A stretch of 64,000 nt of DNA from Spirochaetota bacterium (GTDB lineage Bacteria > Spirochaetota > UBA4802 > UBA5368), in contig DATIKU010000036.1 of the NCBI GenBank assembly GCA_035477215.1, forward strand, positions 3,265 to 67,264. Reading direction: 5' to 3'. Below the pieces are notes generated by a model. The model saw only the letters and a program-made list of their open reading frames with translations, searched no databases and was not told the DNA's origin. The position numbers and the translations under genes were made by a program. This document shows, piece by piece, positions 1 through 7,762 of this stretch. Within the stretch, counting starts at the first letter, position 1. Each line of letters opens with the position of its first letter.

Positions 1-392
1 GCACTCCCGCCGAGGCGCTCGACCGGCACGGCCGTACACTGGGCCTGGTTTTTCGCGGTGAAACGAACGTAAACCTATCGCTGGTCCGCGAGGGCCTGGC
101 CCTGCCCTACCTGGTGCACCCGGCCATGGGCATGGCCGTCGAGTTCGCCGGCGCCTGCGCCGAGGCGCGCCGCGAGGGCCGCGGCCTGTTCGCCCCGGGA
201 CGCGCCCTTCCGGAGGAACCCGCGCGCTTCCGCCTCCGCCTGGGCGGCCGCGCCCCGTACTGGTGGGTCGGAAACCTGCGCACCGGGCGCTACGGCCCGC
301 CCGAAAGCTTCGGCCGCCACCTTCCTGAGGAGCGCATCCTCTTTGAAAACGAGGAGCGGGCAATTGCCGCGGGGTACGCGCGTGAGGAATGA
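1..392 (+). CDS. SNase-fold (thermonuclease-like) nuclease, C-terminal part; 5' end lies outside the window
   Basis: Frame 3 is open from the window edge: TPAEALDRHGRTLGLVFRGETNVNLSLVREGLALPYLVHPAMG... The DR-GR-LG ... VN..LVREGLA block resembles the conserved C-terminal core of staphylococcal-nuclease-family proteins. Stop TGA at 390-392. Confidence 0.6.
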   Translation, partial: TPAEALDRHGRTLGLVFRGETNVNLSLVREGLALPYLVHPAMGMAVEFAGACAEARREGRGLFAPGRALPEEPARFRLRLGGRAPYWWVGNLRTGRYGPPESFGRHLPEERILFENEERAIAAGYAREE

Positions 393-413
393 GGGGGAAG
401 GCCATCCATATCG

Positions 414-477
414 GAGGAAGGGCGGGAAGCCCCGGGCGACGATGACGATCGTCGCAGGGGGCCATAATCTTCAATCT
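414..477. repeat. 64-bp direct repeat, copy A (left flank of the HepT/MntA cassette); contains hairpin GCGACGAT-GACG-ATCGTCGC
   Basis: GAGGAAGGGCGGGAAGCCCCGGGCGACGATGACGATCGTCGCAGGGGGCCATAATCTTCAATCT aligns base-for-base with 1244-1307. I count 2 mismatches (420 G vs 1250 A; 448 A vs 1278 G). Confidence 0.9.
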
Positions 478-498
478 GTAATCTTGACCCTTAAAGTC

Positions 499-840
499 TC
501 ACCAGTTATGGACAATGCTCTCGAGGTCCGACACAAGGCGCGGAATGTCCTCTCTCACTATGTCCCACAGGATATCGAAATCCACCTGGTTGTACCCATG
601 AATAAGCCGGTTTCGGAGCGCAATTATCTGACGCCACTGAACGGCCGGATACTCGTCACGCGTCCGGTCCGAAACACGCGACGCGGCCTCCCCGATTATC
701 TCAAGGAGCCGCACAAGGGAAAGATTCAGCCAGCGTAGTTCATCGAGGTCCGAACGACTTTTCCCCTCAGCGAAGCGGAGCACCTCGCCGGCATGGTCGA
801 GCATATCGAGAATTCGAACGCGGTCTTTCTCAGGAAGCAT
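499..840 (-). CDS. hepT: HepT-type (DUF86, HEPN-fold) toxin of a HepT/MntA toxin-antitoxin pair
   Basis: 113 aa. ALRNRLIHGYNQVDFDILW contains the R-x4-H-x-Y HEPN motif. The start overlaps the upstream nucleotidyltransferase gene by 11 nt (830-840). Confidence 0.85.
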   Translation of the reverse strand: MLPEKDRVRILDMLDHAGEVLRFAEGKSRSDLDELRWLNLSLVRLLEIIGEAASRVSDRTRDEYPAVQWRQIIALRNRLIHGYNQVDFDILWDIVREDIPRLVSDLESIVHNW

Positions 841-1126
841 AGGCCGTTTCCGCTTCAGCCAGCACCCTGTCGCGAAATCGCGGATTTAAAAAACCTTCGG
901 TGTTGAGATCGACCCTGCGGCCGAGTATCCCGGAGAGTTCCATTTCGATATCGAAAAACCGAAGACCGACGCTTACTCCGGGCTCGAACTCCACCAGCAC
1001 GTCGATATCACTGTCGGCGCCGAAATCATCGCGCAGAACCGAACCGAAAAACGACAGGCGGCGGATACGGTTCCTGCGGCAGAAGTCCGCGATTTTTTCC
1101 CGCGAATAATCAATTTTCATTTTCAT
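830..1126 (-). CDS. mntA: MntA-type minimal nucleotidyltransferase antitoxin
   Basis: 98 aa. FFGSVLRDDFGADSDIDVLVEF matches the G-S-x(9-10)-D-x-D pol-beta-type NTase motif. Shows the typical antitoxin-first, overlapping gene order with hepT. Confidence 0.85.
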   Translation of the reverse strand: MKMKIDYSREKIADFCRRNRIRRLSFFGSVLRDDFGADSDIDVLVEFEPGVSVGLRFFDIEMELSGILGRRVDLNTEGFLNPRFRDRVLAEAETAYAS

Positions 1127-1243
1127 CGAAGCATCCCCGCCACTATCCGTTATGTAGCAAATCGTATAAACCGTTTCAACTCTTTTTTATTCAATACGTC
1201 CGCGCGCCGTCGGGCATGGCGGTTGTGAAATGCCGAGTATAGA

Positions 1244-1321
1244 GAGGAAAGGCGGGAAGCCCCGGGCGACGATGACGGTCGTCGCAGGGGGCCATAATCT
1301 TCAATCTTCAATCTTCAATCT
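1244..1321. repeat. 64-bp direct repeat, copy B (right flank of the TA cassette), followed by a 3x TCAATCT tandem heptamer
   Basis: 1244-1307 matches 414-477 (2 mismatches). 1301-1321 reads TCAATCT TCAATCT TCAATCT. The repeat abuts or overlaps the stop of the anti-sigma gene (1315-1317). Confidence 0.9.
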
Positions 1322-1890
1322 TTAATCGAAATCCCCACAAATCCGTTCAGATTTTCCGACAGCAGGTACTCGCCCGGGCCAACGCGCTCGAAGACGGCAA
1401 AGCCGTCGTAGACGCGGGCCACCGTGTAGCCGCGCTTACCGATGAGGTAGTACTTCGCCGAGTCGTCGACCGCGCGGACCTCGAGGGTGGCGCCCCGTTC
1501 CGTCGCGATGACCCGAAACGGCAGTTCGCCGCGGCGCATAGGCAGACGGTAATCGGCGACGGGCGCGTCGGAGTCGCCGAGCACGTGGGCGCGCGCGCCG
1601 GAGTCCAGATAGGGGCTGGCGGCCGGACGCACGGCTCCGGAGGCGACGGCGAAGGCGACCGACGGCAGGCGGGTGGTCTCGTCCGCAGCGGTTTCGGCGA
1701 GCGCCTCCTCGTAGAGGTAATAGTCCTCGAATAAGTAGCGGCACGAGTCGCACGCGGCCATGTGGGCCATCACGCGCTCGCGCTCGGCCTCGCTTCCGAT
1801 GAGCCCCTCGGCGAAGGCCATCACCAGTTCGGACATGTCGTCGCGGCATGGGGGCGCCTCAAGGATTTTATTCAGCCGTTTTTCGTCCAT
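1315..1890 (-). CDS. Anti-sigma factor, zf-HC2 type, apparently soluble (no clear TM segment)
   Basis: 191 aa. N-terminal VMAHMAACDSCRYLF matches the H-x3-C-x2-C zinc anti-sigma motif. Starts 9 nt after the ECF sigma gene stop. The only hydrophobic stretch (LPSVAFAVASGAV) is too short and weak for a TM helix. Confidence 0.7.
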   Translation of the reverse strand: MDEKRLNKILEAPPCRDDMSELVMAFAEGLIGSEAERERVMAHMAACDSCRYLFEDYYLYEEALAETAADETTRLPSVAFAVASGAVRPAASPYLDSGARAHVLGDSDAPVADYRLPMRRGELPFRVIATERGATLEVRAVDDSAKYYLIGKRGYTVARVYDGFAVFERVGPGEYLLSENLNGFVGISIKD

Positions 1891-1899
1891 GGCGCCCTC

Positions 1900-2556
1900 C
1901 TAATCGAACCCCACGTCGGGATGGCGCCTTTTAAGCGCGGACAACACGAGCTTTCGCGCCTTCGCGTAATGCTCGGATACGGTGGACTGCCGCAGGTTCA
2001 GGGCGCGCGCCGCATCCTGCTGGGTCATGCCGTCGAGGGCGATCATCGCGAAGATAAGGGCCTGCTTTCCGGGGAGGCGCGCCGCCTCGGCCTTCACGAA
2101 CTCCAGCATATCGCGGTCCTCCAGTGCGAGCTCGAAACCCGCGCCGCGGCCGGGCCCGGAGGCCGGAAAAGACCGCCGGTCGAGCTCTTCGGCGTCGAAG
2201 CAGTGTTCGGTTTTTTCGCGGCGCGTTTTCATCGCCCGCATCTGGTCCCTAAACTCGTTGCGTGCGATTATGACAAGGTACGCGGAGAGGGGGCAGAGGC
2301 CCCGGAAGGAACGCAGACCGTCCCTGAGAATTTTTTCGAAAACCGCCTGCGTGATGTCGTCGAGATCGTGCTCGTTGAACGCGCCGTGGTAGTTGCGCCC
2401 GAGCTTGCGCACGTACGCCCGGATGATATCGTGATGCTCGGCGATGGCCTTCATCGCGTTGCGGTTGTCCGGTGGATCGATGGGATGGTCCGGTTTCATG
2501 GCGATCAGGCCGCGCTTGTTCTCATGAAACCGTACCGTGTACACGAATTCCATCAT
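1900..2556 (-). CDS. ECF-type RNA polymerase sigma-70 family factor
   Basis: 218 aa. Region 2-like DITQAVFEKILRDGLRSFRG...LSAYLVIIARNEFRDQMR and region 4 HTH LPGKQALIFAMIALDGMTQQDAARALNLRQSTVSEHYAKARKLV. The true start could be the internal Met20 (MKPDHP...). Confidence 0.8.
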   Translation of the reverse strand: MMEFVYTVRFHENKRGLIAMKPDHPIDPPDNRNAMKAIAEHHDIIRAYVRKLGRNYHGAFNEHDLDDITQAVFEKILRDGLRSFRGLCPLSAYLVIIARNEFRDQMRAMKTRREKTEHCFDAEELDRRSFPASGPGRGAGFELALEDRDMLEFVKAEAARLPGKQALIFAMIALDGMTQQDAARALNLRQSTVSEHYAKARKLVLSALKRRHPDVGFD

Positions 2557-2741
2557 CCGTCAATCCTTTTACGAAGGGCCCGCGCCGCTCATATGCTCAT
2601 CCCATGCATGGTACGACGAGGATACATGGGGAAATATCGGCAAAAAACGCGCGGTACGCGCAAAATGCTTGAATTTTACACTCGACGGGCGCAGGATAGG
2701 CGCGAACCGTTCAATCCAATAAACAGAAAGGAAGCACCCTA

Positions 2742-4352
2742 TTGATCGAGCAGAGGCCGGCGCACGCCGTCGATCCGGAACTCACAAGGCGCCTGAAGGC
2801 CGCAAAACGCAAGGAGCGCTTCAGGCTGTATTTCGACGAGGTCCGTCCGCGCATAACCGAAATACTTCGCGAGCAGGCCGGGGAGAGGGCGCGCTCGGGC
2901 CTCATCCCCCGCTACGGCAGGCTGGCGCTCACCCTGGGGCACAATCCCATCCCCTCGCTCATCGTCGCCAACGCCTTCGCGCCGCCGAAACTCGTCCTGT
3001 TCCATCCGCCGCGCCACGGCAAACTGCTTCGGGAAAGGGTGCTTCCCGCGCTCGACGGTTCCATTCCGCGCGGGGGCATTGAGACGATAGAGCTTTCCTC
3101 CGCCGACCACGACGCCAACTACGCCGCCATCCGCGGGGCCCTCGCGTCGCGCCCGTTCGACGGCCATACGTTATGCGACATCACCGGCGGCAAGAAGATA
3201 CTCTCCATGCAGCTGGGCCTCATCGCCCGCGAGCTCGGATTCGACCTGTGCTACATCGACAGCGAGTCGTACATCCCGAACTCGGACATCCCGGAGCCAG
3301 GCAGCGAATCGCTCTACATACACTCCGCCGATCGCGACGGCCTGACCTCCATCCGCATGGAAAGCGCCCCCCGCCTCACCGTCAGCCTCGTCCCGGCCAC
3401 GGGGGCCGCCGTCTTCAATTTCGACGCGGACGGCACCCCTTACAAGTTCACCCTGTCCGACCTCAGCGATTCGGTCGTGGAGACCGTGCGCGCGGAGATC
3501 GACGCCATATACGCGCGCATCAACGCCAATGTTCTGCGCGGAGAGGATTCACAGCGCGAGCTGGACGATCTCGCCGGCCTGGTACGCTCCATGCTCATGC
3601 CTCAGGGCCTGGACGAGCGGATACGGGGCGCCGCCGGAGGACTTCGACTGCACCTCGACACCGAGCTCGCCGGCATTCCCTGGGAGGTCGCGTTCAACCG
3701 GCTGTACGGAACGCCTATTCCCCTCCAGCGCATGTTCAACCGGACCATCGATTACCGCCGGCTCGAGCCGACCACGCAGAAAAAGGAGGGGGCGCTCGTG
3801 ATTCTGGGCTCCGCCGAGGGCATACCGCTCTTCGGCGAGATCGCCGACTGGCTCGGGGCCTACTCCCTGCGCTCCCCCGTCAAGATACGGACCGCCGTCG
3901 CCGAGTCCCGCGGCGCGCTCCAGAAGGAGCTCGGCACGCGCCGCTACGACGCCGTGCTGTATTTCGGCCACTCGGAGTACGGCCCGTCTGAGGAGGAGAC
4001 CGGTTGGCGCTGCGTAAACGGCGAGATTTTCCATTGTGGGAGCCTCCGCTGCATAGAGAACACGCCGCCCGACCTCATCATCTCCAACTCCTGCCACAGT
4101 GCGCGTTCCATGCCCTTCGCGGCGCACTCCTTCGCCTGCAGCGCCATGCGCGCCGGGGTGCGCACCTACATCGGCACGCGCTGGCTGCTCGAGTTCGAGC
4201 GCAGCCGCGCGTTCCTGGAGGCCGTCACCGACGCCATGCTGGTCCCCAGAGTGTCCCCGGCGCGGGCGTTCGCGCGGGCCCTGGCGGCGCTCGCCGAACG
4301 CTTCGGCGGGCGCGACATCGCGCTGTACAATTACGTATACTACGGGAAGTGA
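2742..4352 (+). CDS. Fusion protein: N-terminal CARF-like (Card1/Can2 DUF1887-like) sensor domain plus C-terminal CHAT (caspase-fold) protease domain
   Basis: 536 aa. TTG start at 2742 with GAAAGGAAG 7 nt upstream. LCDITGGKKILSMQLGLIARELGFDLCYID (nt 3174-) resembles the CARF x-TGG-x-K loop. The CHAT-like part has LRLHLDTELAGIPWEVAF, AVLYFGHSEYG (His410, nt 3969-3971) and DLIISNSCHSA (Cys451, nt 4092-4094). The ORF itself is very likely real; the domain calls come from motif memory only. Confidence 0.65.
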   Translation: MIEQRPAHAVDPELTRRLKAAKRKERFRLYFDEVRPRITEILREQAGERARSGLIPRYGRLALTLGHNPIPSLIVANAFAPPKLVLFHPPRHGKLLRERVLPALDGSIPRGGIETIELSSADHDANYAAIRGALASRPFDGHTLCDITGGKKILSMQLGLIARELGFDLCYIDSESYIPNSDIPEPGSESLYIHSADRDGLTSIRMESAPRLTVSLVPATGAAVFNFDADGTPYKFTLSDLSDSVVETVRAEIDAIYARINANVLRGEDSQRELDDLAGLVRSMLMPQGLDERIRGAAGGLRLHLDTELAGIPWEVAFNRLYGTPIPLQRMFNRTIDYRRLEPTTQKKEGALVILGSAEGIPLFGEIADWLGAYSLRSPVKIRTAVAESRGALQKELGTRRYDAVLYFGHSEYGPSEEETGWRCVNGEIFHCGSLRCIENTPPDLIISNSCHSARSMPFAAHSFACSAMRAGVRTYIGTRWLLEFERSRAFLEAVTDAMLVPRVSPARAFARALAALAERFGGRDIALYNYVYYGK

Positions 4353-4396
4353 GCCCGCGGCGGCACCTCCCGAAAATACATCGAGGACGCATACCG

Positions 4397-7300
4397 ATGA
4401 AAAAAATCCAGGCCGAAACGGCCGACCTGCTTTTCGGCCAGGTCCGCGACATCGACGCGGCCGTGTACGACGCCGCCCTCAAGCTCGACCGGTTCCGCGT
4501 AACGCTCGAGGAGCTCTTCCTGCACCTCACGCGCGACGAGCGCCTGTGCTTCGCCTCCGATCACGCCGGGCGCATGTACTTCATCTACGACACCTATAAC
4601 GCTCCGAAAGACCTCCAGAGGGAGCTTAACGCCCTGCGCGCCTACACCAATCTCTTCCATCACCCGGGGCATCCCGACCCGGACACGGAGAAGTACCTCG
4701 TATGCCTGAAGACCCTGTGCGGCGCGATAGAATACTTCTCGCCGCATGGCGCGCCGAAAGCGCTCACCGAACGCTACGGCCCCGTCGCGCATATCTCCAT
4801 GAAGGGGAAAGAGACCCCGCCGAGGGAGCGGATCGAATTCCTCCGCGCCGTAGTCCGCGCGGTGAAGCGCGCGAAGCCGGCGGGCAGATCGGCGGAGAGT
4901 TTCCTGGCATGTTCCGACGGCAACGGCGACGGCCTCGGGATCTCGTTCTGGGACCACGACGGCGACGCGCCCGGGCAAAAGATAGGCGACATGGCCGACC
5001 TCGCCTGGATCCCGGCCACGGTGCACCTTTTCGACATAGAGAAGCTCTCGAAGGGCGAGCGGTTGTATTCCACCACGCGGTCTTCCATGGTGGTGCTCGA
5101 GCCCGACTACCTGGTCGACGCCACCGCGGTCGCGGGCTGTTTTTCAAACAGCGGGGCGAACCCGCTTGTGCACCTCCTCAACCGGTTCAGGCCCTACGAG
5201 ATACGGGAGTCCATTGTCAGGGGAACCATCGCCAACCATCTGCTGGACCGCCTGGTCGCCGACGGCAAGGCGCCCTTCGAGCGGCTCTTCGGCGAGGCGA
5301 CGGCCGAATGCGCGCTCGACATCGCCGCGCTGCTGCACGGCGACGCGGGGCCCGACCCGGCGGCGATCGATTCTCTGAAGAACTCGGCAAGGACCCACTA
5401 CGCCGTTATAAAACAATGCCTGCAGGAATTCCGCTCCTCCCAGATCCACATCGAGCCGAGTTTCATCTCCCCGCGGTACGGCCTGCAGGGACGGCTGGAC
5501 CTCCTGGTGGAGCACGGGGGCGAACGCTGGGACGTCATCGAGCTCAAGTCGTCCGGGCGGGTCCCGGACGGCCGCGGGCCGTGGCCCAACGACGCCGCCC
5601 AGGCCCTGTGCTACGAGCTCATGCTCGACTCGACCTTCCGGGGCCGCGAGGGCGCGGGCTGTATCCTCTACTGTTCCGACGCGAGCGGAAGAACGCCGCT
5701 TCGCCATGTTGAAAGCAAAACGTCCAGCCGCCAGAACGCGCTCATGGTGCGCAACCGCATCGTGTCCCTCGAGCGGCGGCTCGCTTCCGGCGACACGTCG
5801 GTGCTCCACTCCATCCGCCCGGACGCCTTCGCCGGCATGCCGGGATATGTGCGCGAGTGGGCCGGGGAATTTCACCGCGCCCTCGCATCGACCGCGCCGC
5901 TGGAGCGCGCCTGGTTTTCCGCCTTCGCCTCGTTCGTCGCGCGCGAGCAGTGGACGGCGAAGCTCGGCGCGGCCTCCCGCGCCGGAAGCGCCGGCCACGC
6001 GGCGCTCTGGAACGCGAGCGTCGACCAGAAACAGCAGTCCTATTCCATACTGCACTACCTCGAGATTGAGCCTAAAAAGTGTGATTTCGAAAAATTTCAC
6101 CTAACCTTCAAGCGCAGCCTCTACACCGACAGGGAGACCGGCTTCCGCACGGGCGATATCTGCCTTCTCTATCCCGTGGAGAAACAGGGCGAGTCCAGGC
6201 CATGGGAGCGGACCGTGCTCAAGGGGACGATCCGCGAGCTGTCGCCCGACCTCGTGACGGTGGCCCTGCGAAACAGGAACGCCGACCGGCGCTACCTGAA
6301 ACAGTTTCCCTACTGGTCACTCGAGCGCGACCTCATGGAGTCCGGCTTCAACGACCTCTACCGCGCGCTCTACGCCTTCCTCTGCGCCCCGGCCGAAACG
6401 CGCGGCCTCATCCTCGGCCTCTCTCGCCCGCGCTTCGAGGAAACCTGTCCCGTGCCGCTCGACTACGACGGCGGCGACGGCGCCGTGGCCGACGCGCTCG
6501 GGCGCGCGCTCTCTTCGCGCGACTATTATCTCGTACAGGGCCCGCCCGGCACCGGCAAGACCTCCATCGCGCTGAAGGAGATCGTGCGACACCTGCACCG
6601 CGGAACGTCCGAAAACCTCATGATAATCGCCTTCACCAACCGCGCCGTGGACGAGATCTGCGACAACCTCGCCGAGGCATCCATACCCTTCATCCGCCTC
6701 GGGCGCGACGCGGGGAACGCGCAGAAGAGCATGCAGTCGCTCAGTGATGAAATGGGCCCCGCCGAGCTCTATGGGCGCCTGCGCGCCGAGCGCGTCTTCG
6801 TCTCGACCGCGGCCTCGGCCCAGCGCGCGCCGGCGCTCTTCCGCATAAAGCGCTTCCGCACGCTCATCGTGGACGAAGCCTCGCAGCTCACCGAGCCCGC
6901 CCTTGCAGGCCTTTTAACGCGCTTCGAGCGCTTCATATTGATCGGCGACGAGAAACAGCTTCCGGCAGTGGTGACCCAGGCCGAGGAACACTGCGTGGTG
7001 GACGACACGAAGCTTCGCGACATCGGCCTGGCCTCGCTTTCGGGCTCGCTCTTCGAGCGGCTGGTGCGAAACGCCGCGGCCAGGGGCTGGAGTGAGGCGC
7101 ACGGCATGCTCGTAACCCAGGGGCGCATGCATCGCGACATCGCCGAATTCTCCAACCGCGAGTACTACGGCGGAAGGCTCACGGAGGCCCTCGAACGGCA
7201 GACGGCCGCGCGGGGGATGTTCGATCCCGCCTCGGGCGACGTGCTCGAGCGCGCGCTCGGCTCCGCGCGCGTGGTCTTCTTTCCGTCCACGGCGGAATCC

Positions 7301-7762
7301 GGAACGCGCACCCACAGGGGAGAGGCGCGCGCGGTGCGGCGGATCGTCGAATGCGCGCTTAGCGCACTCGGCGGGGATTTTACGGTTAGGTCGCTCGGCG
7401 TCATCACCCCCTTCCGCGCCCAGATAGGCGAAATCCGAAGGGAGATCGCCGAAATCGATTCGCCGCTCGACCTCGACGCGCTCGTCACCGTCGACACCGT
7501 CGAGCGCTTCCAGGGGAGCCAGCGCGACATCATCGTGGTCTCGTTCGCCCTCAACCATCCCGGTAGGATCGCCCAGGCCCAATCGCTCTCCCCCGACGGC
7601 GCGGTGGACCGCAAGCTCAACGTCACCCTTACGCGCGCCCGCGAGCACCTGGTGCTGCTGGGATGCCCAGGGGTGCTCGAGAAGGCGCCGCAGTATGCAA
7701 AACTGCTGGAGCACGTCCGGAAGCTGGGCGGGCACCTGGACCCAGGCCCGTTATTCCGTTAG
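4397..7762 (+). CDS. Dna2-like nuclease-helicase: Cas4/RecB-type PD-(D/E)xK nuclease domain plus SF1B (Upf1/Dna2-like, AAA_11/AAA_12) helicase
   Basis: 1121 aa from ATG 4397 (GAGGA 8 nt upstream). The track ORF from 4004 is an out-of-context extension. Nuclease motifs: GLQGRLDLLVEHGGERWDVIELKSS ... QALCYELML (D368, E382, K384). Helicase motifs: GPPGTGKTS (nt 6539-6565), FTNRAVDEI, LIVDEASQLTEP, LIGDEKQLPAVV, TQGRMHRDIAEFSNREYYGGRL, GVITPFRAQ, VERFQGSQRDIIVVS, LNVTLTRAREHLVLLG. Confidence 0.85.
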   Translation: MKKIQAETADLLFGQVRDIDAAVYDAALKLDRFRVTLEELFLHLTRDERLCFASDHAGRMYFIYDTYNAPKDLQRELNALRAYTNLFHHPGHPDPDTEKYLVCLKTLCGAIEYFSPHGAPKALTERYGPVAHISMKGKETPPRERIEFLRAVVRAVKRAKPAGRSAESFLACSDGNGDGLGISFWDHDGDAPGQKIGDMADLAWIPATVHLFDIEKLSKGERLYSTTRSSMVVLEPDYLVDATAVAGCFSNSGANPLVHLLNRFRPYEIRESIVRGTIANHLLDRLVADGKAPFERLFGEATAECALDIAALLHGDAGPDPAAIDSLKNSARTHYAVIKQCLQEFRSSQIHIEPSFISPRYGLQGRLDLLVEHGGERWDVIELKSSGRVPDGRGPWPNDAAQALCYELMLDSTFRGREGAGCILYCSDASGRTPLRHVESKTSSRQNALMVRNRIVSLERRLASGDTSVLHSIRPDAFAGMPGYVREWAGEFHRALASTAPLERAWFSAFASFVAREQWTAKLGAASRAGSAGHAALWNASVDQKQQSYSILHYLEIEPKKCDFEKFHLTFKRSLYTDRETGFRTGDICLLYPVEKQGESRPWERTVLKGTIRELSPDLVTVALRNRNADRRYLKQFPYWSLERDLMESGFNDLYRALYAFLCAPAETRGLILGLSRPRFEETCPVPLDYDGGDGAVADALGRALSSRDYYLVQGPPGTGKTSIALKEIVRHLHRGTSENLMIIAFTNRAVDEICDNLAEASIPFIRLGRDAGNAQKSMQSLSDEMGPAELYGRLRAERVFVSTAASAQRAPALFRIKRFRTLIVDEASQLTEPALAGLLTRFERFILIGDEKQLPAVVTQAEEHCVVDDTKLRDIGLASLSGSLFERLVRNAAARGWSEAHGMLVTQGRMHRDIAEFSNREYYGGRLTEALERQTAARGMFDPASGDVLERALGSARVVFFPSTAESGTRTHRGEARAVRRIVECALSALGGDFTVRSLGVITPFRAQIGEIRREIAEIDSPLDLDALVTVDTVERFQGSQRDIIVVSFALNHPGRIAQAQSLSPDGAVDRKLNVTLTRAREHLVLLGCPGVLEKAPQYAKLLEHVRKLGGHLDPGPLFR

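Noticed and set aside
830-1126. MntA nucleotidyltransferase as the possible signal-producing enzyme for the CARF-like sensor
   Set aside because: It is a 98-aa minimal NTase overlapping a HepT toxin gene, the standard antitoxin arrangement. Nothing suggests cyclic-oligonucleotide synthase features.
414-1321. Idea that the 64-bp repeats are integron attC sites and the TA pair is an integron cassette
   Set aside because: I could not find the RYYYAAC / GTTRRRY core sites at the repeat ends. Only two copies flank one cassette, and no intI gene is in the window. I kept the repeats as a generic repeat-flanked cassette instead.
2557-2741. ECF-type promoter (GAAC-N16-17-CGT) or shared operator in the divergent region between the ECF sigma and the CARF-CHAT gene
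   Set aside because: There is only a GAACC without a correctly spaced CGT-like -10, plus small palindromes (CCATGCATGG, GCGCGGTACGCGC). This is not enough to call a site.
1762-2745. Long antisense or off-frame ORFs, e.g. 1762-2745(+), 7874-8830(-), 17559-18818(+), 31419-32729(+), 41518-42588(+), 46620-48578(+), 49185-50822(+), 52945-54627(+), 60610-61575(+)
   Set aside because: Each lies opposite to, or out of frame with, a gene that has clear family motifs. Their products are dominated by R/A/G/P/H/V, as expected for stop-poor alternative frames in ~65% GC DNA. None has a motif I recognise.
4004-4396. N-terminal 131-codon extension of the helicase ORF as given in the ORF track (start 4004)
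   Set aside because: It overlaps the 3' end of the CARF-CHAT gene in another frame and is Arg/Ala/Pro/His-rich, which is typical off-frame high-GC translation. ATG 4397 has a proper GAGGA SD and begins a normal-looking protein.
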